Positions 1 through 9,545 of a DNA stretch of 64,000 bases are shown here, piece after piece. This DNA is from an uncultured Planctomycetota bacterium. Its GTDB lineage: Bacteria; Planctomycetota; Planctomycetia; Isosphaerales; Isosphaeraceae. A program made the translations under genes and the position numbers. Location: NCBI GenBank assembly GCA_963845755.1, contig CAWJTV010000038.1:64001-128000 (forward strand), read 5' to 3'. Below the pieces are notes generated by a model. It made no database searches. It was not told the DNA's origin and saw only the letters and a program-made list of their open reading frames with translations. Numbering within the stretch: position 1 is the first letter of the stretch; each line of letters starts with the position of its first letter.

Positions 1-1029
1 CCTGCCGGGGACCAGGCCGGAGCCAAGCCAGCCGAACCGCCCAAGAAGGACGTGCCCCAGGCGGAGAAGCCGGACGCCTCTCCCGAGAAAACGGATGCGG
101 GAGAAGTCGAGAAGAAGGAGGTTCCCAACGATCCGGATAAAGAGAAGATCCAGGAGGACCTCTCGAAACTCAAGAAGATGGTCTTCCAGGACGAGCGACC
201 CGAGCCGTATATCCCACGCGGGTCCGCGCCGAACCTCAAGACCTTGTTCCTCGGCGGCGGCGCCTATTGCTTCCAGCGGCACATCCGGTACGTCTACGAG
301 GGGGCCGGGGTCGACGTCGCCGAGATCGACCCGGCCGTCACCAACGCGAACTTCCAGGCCACCGGCCTCACCGAGCAGGACCAGATCCAGACCTACTGGG
401 GAGACGCCCGCCAGTTCGTCGAGCTGCATCAGGATACCAACAAGTACGACCTTGTCTTCGGCGACGCGTTCAACGACTTCTCGGTCCCCTGGCACCTCAC
501 GACCCGCGAGTTCAACGAAAAGATCAAGAAAATGCTGACTCCTAATGGCGTCTATATGATTAATATCATCGACGTCTACGAGTCGGACAAGGAGGCCCAG
601 AAGAAGGCCGAGAACGAGATCGAGAGAGACAGCGTGTCCGACGAGGGGAAGAAGACTCGGATCCACAAGAAGTACCAGGAGCAGGCCCGCCGCTATGGCG
701 GATTCCTCGGCGCCTGGACCAGGACCGCCCAGGAGACCTTCCCCCACGTCTACATCTTCGGGACGGATGAACCGGGAGGCGGGCGCCGGGAGACATTCGT
801 GGTCGTCGCCTCCATGCAGGATCTCGATCTCAAGGACCTGGGGCTCCGCAAGGACGATCCGCGGTACTTCACCCCCAGCGGGAAGCAGACTAAGGCGGAG
901 GTCTATGGGCCCGAGGATGAGAAGGTCGTCGTCGGTGATCGGTCGCGGAACATCATCTTGACCGACGACTATGCCCCGGTGGAGAACCTGCTCGCCCCGG
1001 TCGCCGAGACCCGCGCCGATGACGATTAA
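1..1029 (+). CDS. Spermidine synthase-like SAM-dependent domain, C-terminal part of a probable fused MFS/spermidine synthase (5' truncated by window edge)
   Basis: Frame is open from base 1. Motifs LFLGGGAY, EIDP, GDARQF, DAF and LTDDYAPVE. Confidence 0.8.
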   Translation, partial: PAGDQAGAKPAEPPKKDVPQAEKPDASPEKTDAGEVEKKEVPNDPDKEKIQEDLSKLKKMVFQDERPEPYIPRGSAPNLKTLFLGGGAYCFQRHIRYVYEGAGVDVAEIDPAVTNANFQATGLTEQDQIQTYWGDARQFVELHQDTNKYDLVFGDAFNDFSVPWHLTTREFNEKIKKMLTPNGVYMINIIDVYESDKEAQKKAENEIERDSVSDEGKKTRIHKKYQEQARRYGGFLGAWTRTAQETFPHVYIFGTDEPGGGRRETFVVVASMQDLDLKDLGLRKDDPRYFTPSGKQTKAEVYGPEDEKVVVGDRSRNIILTDDYAPVENLLAPVAETRADDD

Positions 1030-1067
1030 TCCGATCAAGGCAAGTAACGAGTGGCAGGCGAAGACCC

Positions 1068-1622
1068 ATGACCGAACCGAGTCGAAAACCTGGTAAGGAC
1101 TGGCTACTGGCGGCCATGGGGTTTCTCATCTTCTGGATCGGGTATCTGATCTGGATGGCACCGCGACCGGAGGTGGCGTCGCTGGAGAACTCGGGGAAAC
1201 GCCGGCCGGCGGAGTACAACTGGACTGTGCTCGATTTGAAGGACGAACCGGTGCCGTTCTCCCGGTTCCAAGGGAAGGCCGTGTTCTTGAACATCTGGGC
1301 GACGTGGTGCGGGCCCTGCATCCAGGAGATGCCGTCGATCGCGCGGCTGGCTGAGGATCCGCGGCTGCGCGGCAAGGAGGTCGCGTTCGTCTGCGTTTCG
1401 GTCGATGACTCATCCGAGGATGTCCGGCACTTCCTCGAGGGTCGGACGTGGAGCATGACGTTCTTCCGGGCCGAGAAGCTTCCTGCCGTCTTCATGACCG
1501 ACGGAATCCCGGCGACATTCATCATCGCTCCGAACGGCCAGATCGTCGCGGACCAGGTCGGCTCGGACCAGTGGGATCGATCCGAGGTCGTCACCTTGCT
1601 GGAGAAGATCGCCACTCATTAG
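1068..1622 (+). CDS. TlpA/ResA-family thioredoxin-like disulfide reductase, membrane-anchored
   Basis: N-terminal TM helix; NIWATWCGPC, GIPATF. Confidence 0.9.
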   Translation: MTEPSRKPGKDWLLAAMGFLIFWIGYLIWMAPRPEVASLENSGKRRPAEYNWTVLDLKDEPVPFSRFQGKAVFLNIWATWCGPCIQEMPSIARLAEDPRLRGKEVAFVCVSVDDSSEDVRHFLEGRTWSMTFFRAEKLPAVFMTDGIPATFIIAPNGQIVADQVGSDQWDRSEVVTLLEKIATH

Positions 1623-1692
1623 GAAGGATTCATGGGAAGGATGAAGGATGAGTCAGAACCGGTTTTATTCATCCTTCTCCTTCATCCTTCCG
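1622..1692. repeat. GGATGAA/TTCATCC heptamer-based inverted-repeat element between convergent genes
   Basis: gaaggatgaaggatgagtcag (1636-1656) followed by ttcatccttctccttcatccttc. 1636-1656 is the exact reverse complement of 7493-7513. Confidence 0.8.
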
Positions 1693-2613
1693 ATCAGGGT
1701 GTCATAGGTGGCGGCCAGGAGCAAGTCGGTCAGGGGGAGCGTGAAGAACAGCCCCACGCAGAAGGCGAGCCCCCCCGCCAGGTTGATCGCGACCAGGGCG
1801 AGATACAAGAGGAACAGGGTCGAACAGGCGACCGTGCGTCAGGCGCCACGAGCCCCGCAGTGACTCCAGCACGCCTGCATCTCGGTCGATGATCAGGTAC
1901 CCGAACTGTCCCAGTCGGGCCAGCAGGACCAGGATCAGGAGCGATCCAAGTCCCACCGTGCCCACGATCGTCATGAGGGCGACGTCGATACCATGACTCC
2001 ATTCCGAAGAAAGGCTCCTGTTGAGGGACTCGAGGACCGGCTCCGGTGCCTTGGCGGCCGACAGGAGGACGAAGACGCCCAGGTTGGAGGAGAACGCGGG
2101 GAACTCGGACAGGCACCAGTCGATCGCATAGTAGACGACCAGCACCGGCATCCCGGCGACCGCCAGGATGGCTGCGGTAGCCAGGAGTTTCGTCAAGAGT
2201 AATCGGCCGCCACGGAACAAGTCTTCGACAGCGACCGGCTCCTGACGGACGATCTTGAGCATGATCAGGTCGAGGCCGATCCGCAGCCAGACTGGAACCA
2301 GGATCTGGATGAGAAAGAACGCGAAGCGAGAGAACTCCAGGAACGCAGGTTCCCTGAGGGCGTCGTTGAGACCGGAGATCACCAGGAGCACGGTCGCCAG
2401 GATGGACCAGTTCGCCAGGGCCTCGCCCCAGTAGCCGAACCAGCAGGCGGAGAGCCTGGCCTGGTAGGTCGACCAGGTCCGGGACAGGATTTCGCCGGCC
2501 AAGGACTGGGGATCGGTCAAGAGGGCCGCCGGAGCAATTCGCTCGAATGAGAGCCGGCGCGGGGCGGGGTCGTCGATCGGGCCACGCTCATCAGTCGGAG
2601 GGCGAAGATCCAT
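1665..2613 (-). CDS. Integral membrane protein (DUF975-like), frameshift near 1823
   Basis: Several TM helices and a YLIIDRDAGVLESLRGSWRLT motif. The alternative frame continues TLFLLYLALVAINLAGGLAFCVGLFFTLP...KDE to a TAA at 1665-1667. Confidence 0.65.
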
Positions 2614-2904
2614 CGGGCCGATCTCCAGGAACCGAGTCCGGCCGGGACCCTATCACGCGGAGCCGGCGAATTCGCCGGACCGGACCGGCGGCGCGGCGTG
2701 TCAACGAGATGTCCCGGTATTCGCGGCCCGTCAAGACCACGCGCGTCGGGAACAAACGGGCACTCAGGAGCTTGGGAACGCATCGGAGGGACGATTCCAG
2801 ATTCCAAACAGAACAGATGTAAAGAGTTGCTGAAAAAGGAGTTAATATTCGTCCGCGCTTCGACGATTATGAGTTTTGAATCGAAGCTCTTACCGTTTCT
2901 CGGG

Positions 2905-4412
2905 TTAACGGCCAAGTTGAGACTCCGCGATCTCGATCGCCTTGAGCAGTCCCCTGGCCTTGTTGACCGTCTCCTCATATTCGGCGCCGGGTACGCTGTC
3001 GTGGACGACGCCTCCGCCGGCCTGGATATATGCCGTACTCCCCCGGATGACAAGGGTCCGGAGGGCGATGCAGGTGTCCATGTTGCCGGTAAAGTCGATG
3101 TAGCCGACGGCGCCGGCATAAGGGCCGCGCTTGCTGGGCTCGACCTCATCGATGATCTGCATGGCCCGGACCTTGGGGGCGCCGGAGACCGTGCCGGCGG
3201 GGAGTCCGGCGCGGAGTGCATCGAAGGCCGTCTGGTCGGCACGGAGGCGACCGGTGACATTGGAGGTAATGTGCATCACGTGCGAGTACCGTTCGACCTT
3301 CATGACGTCGGTGAGCTGGACGGAGCCGTACTCGGCGACCCGCCCCACATCGTTTCGCCCCAGGTCGACCAGCATGATATGCTCGGCCCGCTCCTTGGGG
3401 TCCGCCACCAGCTCTTCGGCCAGCGCGCGATCCTCGGCCTCGTTGCGTCCTCGCGGCCGGGTCCCCGCCAGCGGCCGGATCGTCACCAGGCCCTCCTCGA
3501 CTCGCACCAGGATCTCCGGTGAGCTGCCGATCAGGGCGAAATCGCCGAACGGGAGGTAGAAGAGGAACGGGCTGGGATTGACCACGCGCAGCACGCGGTA
3601 GATGTCGAACGGCCGCGCCCGGGTCTCCACCTCGAACCGCTGGCTCGGGACGACCTGGAAGATATCGCCGGCCTTGATGTATTCCTGGCAATGCCGGACG
3701 ACCGACTCGTACTGTTCGCGGGTGAAATTGGAGCGGAACGGGAGCGAGACCGGCGTATCGGTGGCGATGTCGCAGACCCCCAGGTCCGGACCGGGAGCGG
3801 CCAGGCGGTCGACCAGCTCGTCGATCCGGTCGCAGGCCGACTGGTAGGCGGCCTTCGGATCCGCCGACGGGCCGACGTGCGCTGCGCGACGACGAGGATC
3901 GTCTTGCGGATGTGGTCGAAGAGGACCATGCGATCGTAGAGCGCGAACGAGAGATCGGGGAGCCCCCGATCGTCGGGGGGGACGTTGGGCAGGTCCTCGG
4001 TGTATCGCACCGCGTCGTAGGACGCATAGCCGACGGCCCCGCCGGCGAACCGGGGGAGCCCCGGGAGGGCAACGGCCCGGAATTGCTCGATGAGCCGCTG
4101 GAGGTCGCCGAACGGGTCGGTCGAGGAGAACCGCCGATCCGCGGGGCCGCCGGCGCCCTCCGCGATCGTGACCTCGGACCCCCGGGCTTCGAACCGGAGG
4201 AACGGCTCGGTCCCCAGGAAGCTGAAGCGGCCGACCTTCTCGCCGCCGATGACGCTCTCGAAGAGGAACGATGGGTCCGCGCGCGCGATCCGGCAGAACG
4301 CGGAGACCGGAGTCAGCCCATCCCCGGTCAACTGTCGGTAGACGGGCACGCACGACACCGAGGGTCCCAGGTACCGGGCGAACTCTTCGTAAGACGGGCG
4401 ATAACGACTCAT
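2905..4412 (-). CDS. trpE: Anthranilate synthase component I, frameshift near 3880
   Basis: N-part has LTPVS, FLFES and GGAVGY; C-part has [30 protein letters not shown] and GTVSGAPK. Two overlapping ORFs join into one TrpE. Confidence 0.93.
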
Positions 4413-4613
4413 CGACGGCCCATTTCCCGCAAGTCCCGCGTGCGAACCGCAATGCATGTACGTTAACACCCCCGATCCCTCGCGACAAGCCCGGCCGCGG
4501 GGGATACGCGGCGGCAGCCCGGCGCCGCGGTCACGCCGGAAATCGTACGATTTATTTGCGTTAAGTCCGGAGCCTTCGCCCGGGACGCCGGATGGCCGCG
4601 TCGTCGCGGTTGC

Positions 4614-4641
4614 TTGACACCCCCGGAGGGAGAATTAGAAT
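4614..4641 (+). promoter_or_regulatory. Sigma70-type promoter for the mcsA-mcsA-mcsB operon
   Basis: TTGACA (4614-4619), 16 bp spacer, TAGAAT (4636-4641). Confidence 0.65.
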
Positions 4642-4799
4642 ACCAGGTGAGATTACGCTCGATCGTCAGCCTGTGACCGCAGTCGCAGCACTCCGTCCGG
4701 TCGTTCGCCTCTCGGGATGAGGGATGACGGACCCGAGTGGGACACGCTCGGCGCGGATCGGGATCGGGTGGGACCGGATCGGACCGGCGGAGTCACTCC

Positions 4800-5311
4800 A
4801 TGAAATGCCAGAAATGTGCCAAGCCCGCCACATTTCACATAACGGACATCGTCGAGAAAGGGAAGCATCGTGAGTTCCATTTCTGCGACGAGCATGCGCG
4901 GCAACATCTGGCCCCCCCCGAGGAGGCGCTGGAGACTCCGACGATGAGTGAAATCGCCAAGAAGTTGATCGTCGGCGCCGCGGCGCGCTCCGCGAACCGT
5001 CGCCCGCGGACAAGCAGGTCTGTCCCGTCTGCCAGATCACGTTCCTGGAGTTCCGGAATTCGGGGCGGTTGGGCTGCCCCTACGATTACGAGGTGTTCCG
5101 CGACGAGCTGATGCCGTTGCTGGAGAACATCCACGGGGAGACGCGGCATTCCGGCAAGGTCCCGCGACGCGCACCCCGGAATACCCAGCAGCAGACGACC
5201 TTGATCCAGCTCCGCAACGAGTTGAAGCGGGCCGTCGCGGCGGAGGATTACGAGGCGGCGGCGCGGTTGCGGGATCAGATCAAGGTCATCGAGCAAGAGC
5301 AAGGGCGGTGA
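4800..5311 (+). CDS. mcsA: McsA-like protein-arginine kinase activator (UVR domain), copy 1, frameshift near 4982
   Basis: MKCQKC...FCDEHA, then CPVC...GRLGCPYDY, HSGKVP and UVR motif EDYEAAARLRD. Confidence 0.85.
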
Positions 5312-5384
5312 CGAACGTGTCGCGATCGTTGGCGCATTCCCCCCGGCCAACAGGTCGGCCGCTCCTTCTCAGGTGGTCGGGTCC

Positions 5385-5879
5385 ATGAGGTGTCAACGGT
5401 GCCAGAAGGAAGCCTCGGTCCACCTGACCGAGCCGATCAACGGTCAACGTCGCGAGCTGCATCTGTGCCAATCTTGTGCCCGAAAGGCGGGTCTCTCCTT
5501 GCCGGAATCTCCACCAAACCTGGCGCTGGACGCGGTCGTTCAGAGCCTGATCGTGGCCAATGTAGGCGAGCTCGTCGGCGAGCTGGCCGAGCTGCAATGC
5601 CCCGATTGCGGGATCAAGTTCATGGAGTTCCGGGCGGGCGGCCGGCTCGGCTGTCCCCAAGACTATCGGGTGTTCTCGGCCGGGCTCCTGCCGCTGGTCC
5701 AGCGATATCATGGCGCCAGCCGGCACGTGGGCAAGATGGCCCGCCGCCGCGAGCAGGCCGGCCTTCGTCTGCGGCTCCGAACTCAGCTCCGCCAGGCGAT
5801 CGCCCGCGAAGATTACGAAGAAGCCGCTCGATTGCGAGACAAGCTCCGCGTCAAGGATCCCACGCATGACTCTCGATGA
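5385..5879 (+). CDS. mcsA: McsA-like protein (UVR domain), copy 2
   Basis: CQRC, CQSC, CPDC, GRLGCPQDY, HVGK, EDYEEAARLRD. Confidence 0.87.
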   Translation: MRCQRCQKEASVHLTEPINGQRRELHLCQSCARKAGLSLPESPPNLALDAVVQSLIVANVGELVGELAELQCPDCGIKFMEFRAGGRLGCPQDYRVFSAGLLPLVQRYHGASRHVGKMARRREQAGLRLRLRTQLRQAIAREDYEEAARLRDKLRVKDPTHDSR

Positions 5880-6963
5880 CCTCACGAAATCCTCCGGCGA
5901 GTGGCTGCGTGGCATGGGCCCCGAGAGCGACATTGTCATGTGCTCCCGGATCCGGCTGGCGCGCAACCTTGCCGACTTCCCCTTCACCAATCGCGCCAGC
6001 CGCAGCGAAAAGACCGAGATCGAGGCGCATTTCCGCGCCGCGCTTCCGAGCCTCAAGCTCGACCTGAGCTACCTGGACGTCAATGTTATGGGGAAACTCG
6101 ACAATCAGTTCCTGGTCGAGCGCCAGATCATCTCCCGCGAGCTGGCCAACGGCGAGGGCCCGCGGGGCGTGGCGATCAGCAGCCTGGAAAACATCGCAAT
6201 CATGGTCAACGAGGAGGACCATCTCCGCGTCCAGTTCATGCTCTCGGGCTTCCGGCTCCCGGAGGTCTGGGACGCGGTCAACCAGCTCGACGACCGGCTG
6301 GAGGAACAGCTCGCCTATGCCTTCAGCCCCCAGCTCGGCTACCTCACCGCCTGCCCCACCAATGTCGGTACCGGGATTCGCGTCGGCGTCATGCTCCACC
6401 TGCCCGGCCTGGTCCAGACCAAGCAGATCGACAAGGTCTTCCGCGCCCTCCAGAAGATCAACCTCGCCGTCCGCGGCCTCTACGGCGAGGGGAGCCAGGC
6501 CTCGGGCGACTTCTACCAGATCTCCAATCAGCAGACCCTGGGCAAGAGCGAGCCGGAATTGATCAAAATCCTCACCGACGTGGTCCCGCAGGTACTACAC
6601 TATGAGCGGGCGGCGCGCCAGACCTTGCTCACCGAGCGGAGGCAGCACCTCCACGACCAGGTCAGCCGGGCCTATGGCGTCCTCAAGACGGCCCAGACGA
6701 TCTCCAGCGAGGAGACGATGCTCTTATTGTCCAGCGTCCGGATGGGGATCAACCTGGGACTGATCGACGACCTGTCGATCGCCACGGTGAACGAGCTGTT
6801 CATCCAGACCCAGCCGGCGTTCCTGCAGAAGCTCCGCGGCTCCGAACTCGGCGTCGAGGAGCGCAACGTCGCTCGGGCTACTTACCTGCGAAGCCGGTTA
6901 TCCAACGGGCGACAAACACCGCGACCAGGCGGAAGGATGAAGGATTCATCATCGGAAGGCTGA
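5866..6963 (+). CDS. mcsB: Protein arginine kinase (ATP:guanido phosphotransferase family)
   Basis: SRIRLARN, NEEDHLR, LTACPTNVGTG, VRGLYGEGS, QISNQQTLG; follows mcsA. Confidence 0.95.
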   Translation: MTLDDLTKSSGEWLRGMGPESDIVMCSRIRLARNLADFPFTNRASRSEKTEIEAHFRAALPSLKLDLSYLDVNVMGKLDNQFLVERQIISRELANGEGPRGVAISSLENIAIMVNEEDHLRVQFMLSGFRLPEVWDAVNQLDDRLEEQLAYAFSPQLGYLTACPTNVGTGIRVGVMLHLPGLVQTKQIDKVFRALQKINLAVRGLYGEGSQASGDFYQISNQQTLGKSEPELIKILTDVVPQVLHYERAARQTLLTERRQHLHDQVSRAYGVLKTAQTISSEETMLLLSSVRMGINLGLIDDLSIATVNELFIQTQPAFLQKLRGSELGVEERNVARATYLRSRLSNGRQTPRPGGRMKDSSSEG

Positions 6964-7010
6964 AGGATGAGTCAGAAAGGGCTTCGGCAGAAGGCTGAAG
7001 AGACGATATG
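6930..7010 (+). repeat. Left heptamer-repeat arm (GG[A/C]TGAA) of the four-helix-bundle cassette
   Basis: ggaaggatgaaggattcatcatcggaaggctgaaggatgagtcagaaagggcttcggcagaaggctgaag; overlaps the mcsB 3' end. Confidence 0.8.
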
Positions 7011-7011
7011 T

Positions 7012-7374
7012 ATGGACCTGAAGGAGAGGACGAAACAGTTTGCTTTGCGAATCATCCGATTGTATGTCGCTCTACCGAAGACGACAGAGACCCAGGTTCT
7101 TGGGAAGCAAGTACTTCGATCGGGAACATCGGTCGGAGCCCATTATCGAGTGGCTTCGCGGGGCCGGTCGGTGGCGGAATTCGTAAGTAAGATCCAGACT
7201 GGTCTGCAAGAGTTGGAGGGAACGGCCTACTAGTTGGAACTCCTGATCGAGGCGGACATTATTCCCGCCAAACGTCTCGAAGAACTGTGCAAGGAAGCCG
7301 ACGAACTCACCGCGATCCTGACCACCTGCGTCAAGGACGCCAAGTACAAGGCTTCATCTTCACCGGAAGGCTGA
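7012..7374 (+). pseudogene. Four helix bundle protein (TIGR02436 / 23S rRNA-IVS / bAvd-like) with in-frame TAG at 7231-7233
   Basis: DLKERTKQFALRII...KQVLRSGTSVGAHY...EFVSKI...ELEGTAY*LELL...EADELTAIL. The stop replaces the Trp of the usual ETxYWL motif. Confidence 0.85.
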
Positions 7375-7528
7375 GGGCTGAAGGCTGAAGGAGGAGTCAG
7401 AAAAGGCCTCGGAAGAATGCTGAATCAAAGCAGGCTGATCCGTCTGTGTTGCTTCGACTCATCCTTCAGTCTTCATCCTTTATCCTTGTGAACTGACTCA
7501 TCCTTCATCCTTCATCCTCCATCCTTCG
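7345..7528. repeat. Right heptamer-repeat arms (GGCTGAA direct copy, then TTCATCC inverted copies)
   Basis: 7348-7424 is a degenerate direct repeat of 6940-7000. 7493-7507 (CTGACTCATCCTTCA) is a perfect inverted repeat of 6961-6975. Confidence 0.85.
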
Positions 7529-7531
7529 AAA

Positions 7532-8265
7532 ATGTCGCAGTTCAGCTTCGAGATCGACCCGCTCAAGGTACTTGGCGTGACGGCCGAGGCGTCGCTGGAG
7601 CAGATCCGCGACGCCTACCGCCAGAAGGCCAAGAAGTACCACCCGGACGCCGGCGGAGAAGACTGGGCGTTCCGCATCCTCAGCCAGTCGTACGAGGTGC
7701 TCTGCTCGGCGCGAGTCGTCCGCGCCGCTCATTTCGAGTCGCCCGCACCCGCCGCGCGGCCGACGTCGAGGCCCACACCGAGGCCCCGCACCGAGCCCAG
7801 CGCCGAGACGGTCCACGCGGGCATCCACGATAAGGACGTGGACCCGAGTCGGATCGTGGCCGTCGAACACCTGTGCGTCCGATATCTCTGGGACGATGCC
7901 AGCTACCTCTGGCTCGGCCATGCGGTTCCCGACGATCAGCGGTTCCTGAGCTGTAGCTTGAATCTCAGTTGGCCCGACGCGGCCCGGCCGGACCGCGATC
8001 GTCCGATCCCCGACGCCGCGCGCATCCTGGCAGGCCTGGGCGAAATCTTCGATTCCGTGATTCTCGCGACCCGTGTGATCAGCTCGCGTTCGCGCATCGA
8101 GGACGAGCGGTTCTCCGGCTGGCTGAGCTACTCCAGTTTCGACCGCTCCTGGAAGGCGCTCCAGTCCCTGCACGGCGCACTCCGGCGCGCGGCCTGGGGC
8201 TGCGCCACTGGTCGCGTGACCTGTTCCTCCCCCGGGCCTGGCAGTTCGACCGGTCGGAGGTTTAG
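7532..8265 (+). CDS. J-domain (DnaJ class C) protein, frameshift near 8186
   Basis: DPLKVLGV...IRDAYRQKAKKYHPD. The alternative frame ends ...RHWSRDLFLPRAWQFDRSEV* at 8265, before the next promoter. Confidence 0.8.
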
Positions 8266-8317
8266 CCTCGTCGATCTTCGATGGACCGGCATCAAGGGAA
8301 AGCCTTCGACATTCATC

Positions 8318-8346
8318 TTGACAGGCCTCATGATCGACCGTACAGT
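8318..8346 (+). promoter_or_regulatory. Sigma70-type promoter for the VOC gene
   Basis: TTGACA (8318-8323), 17 bp spacer, TACAGT (8341-8346). Confidence 0.7.
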
Positions 8347-8399
8347 ACGGCGCATTTGCGGCGACTCTGTACAAATCATCAGATTCAGGAGGGAAGGCG

Positions 8400-8798
8400 A
8401 TGGATCATACGGTTTGCCATTTTGAGATCCCTGCCGAGCAGCCGAAGCGGGCCGCGGAGTTCTATCAGGGGCTTTTCGATTGGAACATCCGCGCGTGGGA
8501 CAGTGCAGACAACAAGGCGGAGATCATGATGATCTCGACGGTGCCGACCGACGAGACGGGCCGGCCGGCCAGGCCGGGCGTCAACGGGATGATCATGAAG
8601 CGGCAGCATCCCCAGCAGCCATTCGCCAACTACATCAGCGTCGAAAGCGTAGATGAGTACGGGGCCAAGGTCGAAGCCCTGGGAGGGCAGGTGGTCATGC
8701 CCAAGACCCCGGTACCGGGGATGGGCTGGTTCCTCTACTTCAAGGACCCTGAGGGGAATATTCTCGCTCTCTGGCAGCACGACCCGGCCGCGGCCTGA
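8400..8798 (+). CDS. VOC (glyoxalase/bleomycin resistance) family protein
   Basis: VCHFEIPA, FYQGLFDW, VEALGGQV, DPEGN. Confidence 0.9.
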   Translation: MDHTVCHFEIPAEQPKRAAEFYQGLFDWNIRAWDSADNKAEIMMISTVPTDETGRPARPGVNGMIMKRQHPQQPFANYISVESVDEYGAKVEALGGQVVMPKTPVPGMGWFLYFKDPEGNILALWQHDPAAA

Positions 8799-8912
8799 CC
8801 CGGCTGAGCTGTGACGCTCAGCCAATCCCCGATCGGGATTCTCGGAAATCTGGTATCGGGAATCCGGAATCCGGCAACTCCCCGCCGGGTTCCGGCGATT
8901 GGGCTTCCGGCC

Positions 8913-9443
8913 TCACGACGATCCCCAAGCGTCGGTGGCCTCGAGCTTCGAAACGATCACGGCAATCAGCTCCTCCGGGACGAATTGCTTGAGCGCCTCG
9001 ATGCCCCCGTAGCGCACGACCTGCTTGATCAGCGAGCTGGAGACGTGCTGGTACTCGGCGTCGGCCATGAGGAAGACGGTCTCGATCGACGGGTCGAGCC
9101 GTTGATTGGTCAGGGTCATGCCGAACTCGTACTCCATGTCGGAGAGTGTGCGGAGCCCGCGGAGGATGACCTGTGCACCGATCCGGCGCACGTACTGGAC
9201 GGTCAGCCGTTCGAATGCCTCGACCGAGACATTGGGAAAGCGGCTGACGACCAGCCGGGCCATCTCAACCCGCTCCTCCACGCTGAAGAGTGACATCTTG
9301 TTCGGATTGACGCCGATGCCCACGACGACATGCTCGAAGAGCAGCCGACCGCGACGGATGATGTCCAGATGGCCGAGCGTGATCGGGTCGAACGTGCCGG
9401 TGAAGACCGCCGTGCGATAGGGATCCGTCGTGTGGGGAATCAT
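8913..9443 (-). CDS. coaD: Phosphopantetheine adenylyltransferase
   Basis: AVFTGTFDPITLGHLDII, ILRGLR, SDMEYE, VSSSLIK. Confidence 0.96.
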   Translation of the reverse strand: MIPHTTDPYRTAVFTGTFDPITLGHLDIIRRGRLLFEHVVVGIGVNPNKMSLFSVEERVEMARLVVSRFPNVSVEAFERLTVQYVRRIGAQVILRGLRTLSDMEYEFGMTLTNQRLDPSIETVFLMADAEYQHVSSSLIKQVVRYGGIEALKQFVPEELIAVIVSKLEATDAWGSS

Positions 9444-9545
9444 CGTCGCTTCGCTCCAGTTTTCCGTTCTCAGTGTTCAGTTTTCAGCATGAAAACGTTG
9501 ACGTGGTGAACATCAAACCGTGAGAACTGCATCGGCCCGGCTGCT

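Noticed and set aside
4684..4712. CIRCE or CtsR heat-shock operator upstream of mcsA
   Set aside because: Only a partial left half (cagcactc) with no matching right arm, and no GGTCAAA heptad pair.
7231..7233. Genome-wide TAG recoding or pyrrolysine
   Set aside because: TAG terminates ordinary genes here (e.g. 1620-1622, 63370-63372) and no pyl genes are visible.
7012..7374. Diversity-generating retroelement (the four-helix protein resembles bAvd)
   Set aside because: No reverse transcriptase and no TR/VR pair with adenine-specific mismatches seen in the window.
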